Positions 33,856-37,893 of a stretch of DNA of 37,893 nucleotides are shown in pieces. The translations under genes and the position numbers were made by a program. Each line of letters starts with the position of its first letter. Positions within the stretch are counted from its first letter, which is position 1. Origin of the DNA: an uncultured Oscillospiraceae bacterium. GTDB lineage: Bacteria > Bacillota > Clostridia > Oscillospirales > Oscillospiraceae. The notes under the pieces were generated by a model. The model had not been told where the DNA came from, made no database searches, and saw only the letters and a list, made by a program, of their open reading frames with translations. Where the stretch lies: the NCBI GenBank assembly GCA_964642465.1, contig CAZXRD010000004.1, positions 1-37,893 of the forward strand, in the 5' to 3' direction.

Positions 33856-35167
33856 ATCTGCCCGTGAACTGGCCCTGCAGGCGCTGTTTCACTATAGGAA
33901 AAGCGGAACATGGCCAGAAGAGGTGTTGAACAGCGCTGCTGATGAGGTAGATCCTCGGGACGGGGCCCTGGCGGCTAGAATTTGTTATGGGGTCTTGCAA
34001 AACCGGGCCCTGTTAGACTTTTATATTGCAGCTTGCTGTGACCGGAAACTGGCCAAATTAGAGGCGGCAGTCCTGGATATTCTCCGCCTATCGGCCTACC
34101 AAATCCTGTTTTTGACTCGGATTCCCCCTCGAGCGGCGGTGGATGAAGGGGTTAAGCTTACACGGAAATATGCAAATCCCCGGGCAGCCGGGTTTGTAAA
34201 CGCCGTATTGCGGCGGCTATGCAGCAAAAAAGAGGAAATCTGCGTACCGGAGGGGGATAGCCCTGGGGCCTTATCCTTGCGGTATAGCCATCCCCAGTGG
34301 CTGGTGGAGATGTGGATAGACCGGCTTGGCCCGGCACGGACAGAGCAACTTTTGAAGGCCGTCAACCAGCCGATCCCCCTGTATGTGCAGACCAATCCCC
34401 TGCGGGTTACAGATGCAGACTTGGAGCAAGAGCTCGTGTCTAGCGGTGCGTATGTAGAGCGCCATGCGTGGATGCCCGGATGCTTTCGGGTGGAGGGAGT
34501 TGGAAACCCGGAGAACCTTCCCGCCTTTGCCCAGGGGCGTATGACCATTCAGGATCCGGCGGCGAAGGCCGCAGTGCTGGCCTTAGGCCCGCAGCCGGGG
34601 GACCATGTGCTGGATGTGTGCGCTGCCCCTGGTGGCAAAGCCTTTACATCTGCCATGGAGATGCAAAACCAGGGACTGGTTCAGGCTTGTGATATCCAGG
34701 AGAAAAAGCTCAAGCGCATCCAGGCGGGGGCAGACCGCTTGGGAATCACCTGTATAGAAACTCTGGCAGCGGATGGGCGGCTATATATCCCGGCCTTTGA
34801 AGAACGGTTTAAGCGTGTCCTGGTGGATGCACCGTGTTCCGGCCTGGGCATTATCCGGAAAAAGCCGGAGGCCCGGTATAAGGATCCGGCGTCTCTAGAG
34901 GGGCTGCCGGAAATCCAACTGGCCATTTTAAAAAATGCTGCTAAGTACATATGCCCTGGCGGTACCTTGGTTTACTCCACCTGCACATTGCTCCAGCAGG
35001 AAAACGAAGGGGTGGTAGAGGCCTTTTTACAGGCAGTGCCTGGCTTTTCCCTGGCGGGCTTTTCCCTCCCGGGGTTAGGCGATGTGGGGGCTTCCGGTAT
35101 GGTGACTTTGTGGCCCCATGTCCACGATACAGACGGCTTTTTTATTTGCAAATTGAGGCGGGACTAG
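33848..35167 (+). CDS. rsmB: 16S rRNA (cytosine967-C5)-methyltransferase
   Basis: NusB-like N-terminal domain, DVCAAPGGK, DAPCSGLG and YSTCT. Confidence 0.9.
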   Translation: MAKSARELALQALFHYRKSGTWPEEVLNSAADEVDPRDGALAARICYGVLQNRALLDFYIAACCDRKLAKLEAAVLDILRLSAYQILFLTRIPPRAAVDEGVKLTRKYANPRAAGFVNAVLRRLCSKKEEICVPEGDSPGALSLRYSHPQWLVEMWIDRLGPARTEQLLKAVNQPIPLYVQTNPLRVTDADLEQELVSSGAYVERHAWMPGCFRVEGVGNPENLPAFAQGRMTIQDPAAKAAVLALGPQPGDHVLDVCAAPGGKAFTSAMEMQNQGLVQACDIQEKKLKRIQAGADRLGITCIETLAADGRLYIPAFEERFKRVLVDAPCSGLGIIRKKPEARYKDPASLEGLPEIQLAILKNAAKYICPGGTLVYSTCTLLQQENEGVVEAFLQAVPGFSLAGFSLPGLGDVGASGMVTLWPHVHDTDGFFICKLRRD

Positions 35168-36235
35168 ATGGAACAACAAGATATAAAATCCATGACTTTG
35201 GCCCAAATGACAGAGGCTATACAAGCCCTGGGGGAGCCGGCTTTTCGGGCGAAACAAGTGTTTACCTGGCTGCACAAAGGGGTGCGCAGTTTTGGGGAGA
35301 TGACCAATCTCTCCAAAGCGCTGCGGGAAAAGCTAGACAGCCTTTTTTATATTACGGCGCCCACCGTACTCCGCAAACAGGAGTCCAGGGAAGATGGAAC
35401 CATCAAATACCTATGGGGCCTGCGGGATGGCAATGCGGTGGAAAGCGTAATTATGCGTTACCATTATGGGAATACGGTGTGTATCTCCTCGCAGGTGGGG
35501 TGCCGCATGGGCTGCGCTTTCTGCGCCTCCACCATTGGCGGCCTGGTTCGAAATTTGACCCCATCGGAGATGTTGGACCAAGTTTTGTTCTCACAGCTGG
35601 AATCGGGACATAAAATATCTAATATTGTACTGATGGGAATTGGGGAGCCCCTGGACAATTTGGATACGGTTCTTCGTTTTTTAGAGCTGGTGAATGACCC
35701 GTTGGGGATGCATATTGGCATGCGTCATATTACCATTTCTACCTGTGGTCTTACAGAAAGAATTGACAAACTGGGTAGTTTTAATTTACAATTAACGTTA
35801 ACGGTATCCCTTCATGCGCCGGATGATGCCACACGGAACCGTATTATGCCGGTGAATCGGAGCTGTGGTGTGGATAAGCTATTTTCCACTTGTAAACACT
35901 ATTTTGAAACCACAGGAAGGCGGATATCCTTTGAATATGCCATGATTGACGGTGTGAACGATACGCCCTATCATGCAAAGCTTTTGGCAGACCGGGTTTT
36001 GAAGCTGGGCGGCCATGTGAATTTGATCCCTTTGAATCATGTGGAAGAGAGCCCGCTCAAACCGAGCACGCCGGAGCACTTAAAAGAATTTGTGTCTTAT
36101 TTGCAGTCCCGCAATGTCAATGTGACGGTCCGGCGGAAGTTGGGCGGCGACATTGATGCGTCTTGTGGGCAGCTGCGGAGGAAGGCGCAAAAGGCAATTG
36201 GCAAAGGTCCCGCTTTGCCGATGGAGGAAGTATGA
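35168..36235 (+). CDS. rlmN: 23S rRNA/tRNA (adenine-C2)-methyltransferase, radical SAM
   Basis: CRMGCAFCAS (CxxxCxxC), MGIGEPL, and C-terminal DIDASCGQL. Confidence 0.93.
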   Translation: MEQQDIKSMTLAQMTEAIQALGEPAFRAKQVFTWLHKGVRSFGEMTNLSKALREKLDSLFYITAPTVLRKQESREDGTIKYLWGLRDGNAVESVIMRYHYGNTVCISSQVGCRMGCAFCASTIGGLVRNLTPSEMLDQVLFSQLESGHKISNIVLMGIGEPLDNLDTVLRFLELVNDPLGMHIGMRHITISTCGLTERIDKLGSFNLQLTLTVSLHAPDDATRNRIMPVNRSCGVDKLFSTCKHYFETTGRRISFEYAMIDGVNDTPYHAKLLADRVLKLGGHVNLIPLNHVEESPLKPSTPEHLKEFVSYLQSRNVNVTVRRKLGGDIDASCGQLRRKAQKAIGKGPALPMEEV

Positions 36236-36954
36236 ACTGTTGGGGAAAGACGGACATAGGACTTGTCCGCAAGCAAAACGAAGATTCCTTTTACATGTCG
36301 GCAGATAAAGAAACAGCACTCTGCTGCGTATGTGATGGGATGGGCGGTGCGAATGCCGGTGATATTGCCAGTAAGTTGGCGGTAGAGGCATTTGTGGACC
36401 AGATGGAGGGTTCTGCCGCATCGGGAAAACCGCTGGTGGAACGGATGCAGCAAGCAGTAGCCTGCGCCAACACCATTATTTTTGAAAAATCCCAGGAAGA
36501 CATGCGTTTAGCCGGCATGGGGACCACTCTGGTGGGGGCTTGCGTGCAAGATGACCAGGCTTTTGTCATCAATGTGGGGGATAGCCGTGCTTATTTGATT
36601 AGTCCGAAATCCGGGATTCGCTGTATTACCCGGGACCATTCGGTTGTGGCGGATATGATTGAACAGGGCGATCTAACCTGGGAAGAGGCCAAGCACCACC
36701 CCAGCAAGAACTTGATTACTCGGGCAATTGGCACAGAGCGGACTGTGCAGTGCGATATATACAGGGAAACAATTTTAAAAGGAGAGTATTTACTGCTTTG
36801 TTCGGATGGCCTAAGCAACATCGTCACCGACCAAGAGATGCTTTTTGAGGTCGTACATGGGAAGCACCCGGAAGATTGTTGTGACCGGCTCATTCAGATC
36901 GCTTTGGAAAAAGGGGCGCCGGACAATGTGACGGCAGTCCTGATCCGGCGATAA
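36232..36954 (+). CDS. stp: PP2C-family Ser/Thr protein phosphatase
   Basis: KTDIGLVRKQNEDS, VCDGMGG, GDSRAY, LCSDGL and GAPDNVT. ATGA overlap with the rlmN stop. Confidence 0.9.
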   Translation: MNCWGKTDIGLVRKQNEDSFYMSADKETALCCVCDGMGGANAGDIASKLAVEAFVDQMEGSAASGKPLVERMQQAVACANTIIFEKSQEDMRLAGMGTTLVGACVQDDQAFVINVGDSRAYLISPKSGIRCITRDHSVVADMIEQGDLTWEEAKHHPSKNLITRAIGTERTVQCDIYRETILKGEYLLLCSDGLSNIVTDQEMLFEVVHGKHPEDCCDRLIQIALEKGAPDNVTAVLIRR

Positions 36955-36991
36955 ACTGCCTTGCGAAGATCAAGCAGGAGGATGAAACAAT

Positions 36992-37893
36992 ATGGATAAG
37001 TATATAGGGCGAATTCTAGACAATCGCTACGAAATATTGGAAGTGATCGGCACCGGCGGTATGGCTGTGGTCTATAAGGCCCGCTGTCACCGGCTGAACC
37101 GTTTCGTGGCCGTAAAAATTCTGAAAGATGAGCTGGCGCAGGATGCAGACTTCCGCCGTCGCTTCCGCACGGAGGCCCAGGCTGTCGCTATGCTCTCGCA
37201 CCCCAATATTGTGGCGGTTTACGATGTGAGCCGCTCTCCGGACGTAGAGTATATCGTCATGGAGTTGATTGAGGGGATTACCCTAAAGCAATACATGAAT
37301 CGGAAGGGCGTCTTGAACTGGAAAGAAGCCTTGCACTTTGCCATCCAGATCACCAAGGCGTTAAGCCATGCCCACAGCCGGAACATCATCCACCGGGACA
37401 TCAAGCCCCACAATATTATGATTTTAAAAGACGGCAGTGTGAAGGTGGCCGATTTTGGCATTGCCCGCCTGCAGTCTGTACAAAGCACACTGACCCAGGA
37501 GGCCCTGGGCTCTGTCCATTATATCTCCCCAGAGCAGGCCAAAGGGAGCCATGTAGATGCCCGCACCGATATTTACTCTCTGGGCGTAGTTATGTATGAG
37601 ATGCTGACCGGGACCCTGCCTTTTGACGGAGATTCTGCTGTCTCTGTGGCGATCCAGCACATCAGTTCTGTACCTTTGATGCCACGGGAGATCAATCCGG
37701 ACGTGCCGGTGGGGCTGGAGACCATCACCATGCACGCCATGAATCCAGATTTGGACGCCAGATATCCTTCGGCAGACGCCTTGCTTTGGGATTTAGAGGA
37801 GTTCCGGAAGAATCCGGAGATTGATTTCAATTATTCGGTCAGCGAGCACTCCCCGGACCTGTTTGCCGAGGGGGCGGCCGCTGGCGCCGCTGC
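36992..37893 (+). CDS. prkC: Ser/Thr protein kinase PrkC/Stk1-type, 3'-truncated by the window end
   Basis: Not in the ORF track because there is no stop in the window. ATG at 36992 after GCAGGAGGA. Contains GTGGMAVVYKA, VAVKIL, HRDIKPHN, DFGIA and SPEQA. Confidence 0.92.
   Translation, partial: MDKYIGRILDNRYEILEVIGTGGMAVVYKARCHRLNRFVAVKILKDELAQDADFRRRFRTEAQAVAMLSHPNIVAVYDVSRSPDVEYIVMELIEGITLKQYMNRKGVLNWKEALHFAIQITKALSHAHSRNIIHRDIKPHNIMILKDGSVKVADFGIARLQSVQSTLTQEALGSVHYISPEQAKGSHVDARTDIYSLGVVMYEMLTGTLPFDGDSAVSVAIQHISSVPLMPREINPDVPVGLETITMHAMNPDLDARYPSADALLWDLEEFRKNPEIDFNYSVSEHSPDLFAEGAAAGAA

Noticed and set aside
34951-35613. 220-aa plus-strand ORF spanning the rsmB/rlmN junction
   Set aside because: It is an out-of-frame overlap with two strongly supported genes. 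The product is Gly/Arg/Pro-rich with no motifs.
1-37893. Search for CRISPR arrays, tRNA/rRNA genes, IS elements, toxin-antitoxin pairs and recognisable defence genes
   Set aside because: I saw no regularly spaced direct repeats, cloverleaf-like sequences, transposase, integrase or phage ORFs, or nuclease/ATPase defence signatures. Apart from 6.7-14.3 kb, the window looks like core chromosome.

Overview
This is a 37.9-kb chromosomal segment, roughly mid-50s % GC by eye. Its gene content and synteny fit a spore-forming Clostridia/Firmicutes genome (spoIIM-xerD, cdaA-cdaR, yicC-remA-gmk-rpoZ-priA-def-fmt-rsmB-rlmN-stp-prkC). I recognised no rRNA, tRNA, CRISPR array, transposase or phage gene. 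Every functional call comes from motif and family recognition by eye; no database search was run.

Layout:
- 0-6.6 kb: a csoR-copA copper-efflux operon behind a near-consensus promoter with two CsoR-type palindromes. It is followed by an orphan HMA gene and divergent pfk/fba glycolytic genes.
- 6.7-14.3 kb (minus strand, accessory-looking): an uncharacterised three-gene operon (small Cys/His-rich protein, DUF6273-like protein, CocE/NonD hydrolase). Next to it is a five-gene carbohydrate operon (MDR dehydrogenase, TIM-barrel isomerase, split transketolase, GarR-like reductase) with no kinase, transporter or regulator in view.
- 14.6-23 kb: tgt-yajC, a split small membrane gene, a 400-bp AT-rich non-coding gap and spoIIM-xerD. 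Then comes a heterodimeric ABC exporter behind a leader carrying a consensus promoter and a strong intrinsic terminator. The first exporter gene carries a 1-nt frameshift. ridA closes this block.
- 23-38 kb: cdaA-cdaR, a cysteine-rich four-gene module (RseC-like, DUF5685-like, J-domain protein with a Cys7 tail, membrane protein), then the conserved housekeeping cluster running off the window end inside prkC.

The best candidates for undescribed biology are the three-gene operon at 6702-9559, the Cys-rich module at 25473-27918 and the exporter leader at 18731-19009. None can be given a function from sequence alone.
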